From the NCBI GenBank assembly GCA_045130755.1, contig JBGUQD010000049.1:1-53447 (forward strand): a stretch of DNA of 53,447 nt. Reading direction: 5' to 3'. The DNA is from Candidatus Limivicinus sp. GTDB lineage: Bacteria > Bacillota > Clostridia > Oscillospirales > Oscillospiraceae. Position 1 is the first letter of the stretch. Every line of letters begins with the position of its first letter. The notes below the pieces were generated by a model that saw nothing but the letters and a program-made list of their open reading frames with translations, searched no databases and was not told the DNA's origin. A program made the position numbers and the translations under genes. Positions 53,327 through 53,447 of the stretch are shown one piece after another.

Positions 53327-53447
53327 AACCAAGCTGTCGCCGATAAGGCGGGGCGCGGATGTACCTTGAAAATTGAACAATGTAAGAACAGCTTATGCTA
53401 AATAAGCACCAAAGAAAAGGGTTCTTAAAAGTCAGAAATGACTATAA

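Noticed and set aside
53111-53380. 89-aa minus-strand ORF at the right edge
   Set aside because: It overlaps two consensus plus-strand promoters and an AT-rich leader. It has no SD and its composition is implausible.
1-53447. Search for CRISPR arrays, transposases, integrases, phage modules and classical defence genes (large ATPases, nucleases, reverse transcriptases)
   Set aside because: I found no regularly spaced repeat array and no such protein signatures in any frame. The window looks like ordinary chromosome with a few poorly characterised operons.

Overview
GC-rich chromosomal DNA with AT-rich intergenic spacers, typical of a spore-forming Clostridia genome. The Oscillospiraceae/Ruminococcaceae placement is a guess from sequence style, sleB and a dispersed palindromic repeat I recognise from memory. 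I support about 50 protein genes, one tRNA-Gly(CCC), a Thr T-box leader upstream of thrS, and a structured ncRNA candidate. Tandem rRNA-type promoters sit at the right edge, and several clean intrinsic terminators are present. I saw no transposase, integrase, phage genes or CRISPR array, so this is mostly core or shell chromosome. Recognisable modules:
- A Zn/Cd-type P1B ATPase with a split HMA protein and a divergent ArsR-AraC fusion regulator.
- An SDR-PlsC pair and an orphan OmpR/HK two-component system.
- A VTC-domain/DUF4956/beta-helix operon, convergent with a membrane protein, a phosphodiester glycosidase and a beta-lactamase-like protein.
- A DUF1538 plus tandem P-II-like pair, and an AbrB-like protein coupled to a macrolide-type glycosyltransferase.
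- PBP1A, an NlpC/P60-SH3 hydrolase, thrS and sleB.

The most interesting items:
1. The uncharacterised VTC/DUF4956/Cthe_2159-like operon and the array of perfect hairpins in its putative leader.
2. A C-lobe-only pseudokinase fused through a TM helix to a C-type lectin domain.
3. A PLC-like protein flanked by two small membrane proteins, with no assigned function.
4. A small unknown protein, a TPR protein and an NTase/DUF4037 protein in an overlapping operon.
5. tRNA-Gly followed by direct and inverted copies of its own 3' end.
6. An SRP-like structured RNA with an unusual apical helix.

All family assignments come from motif recognition by eye. No database search was run. Many long ORFs in the track are antisense shadows of real genes and were rejected.
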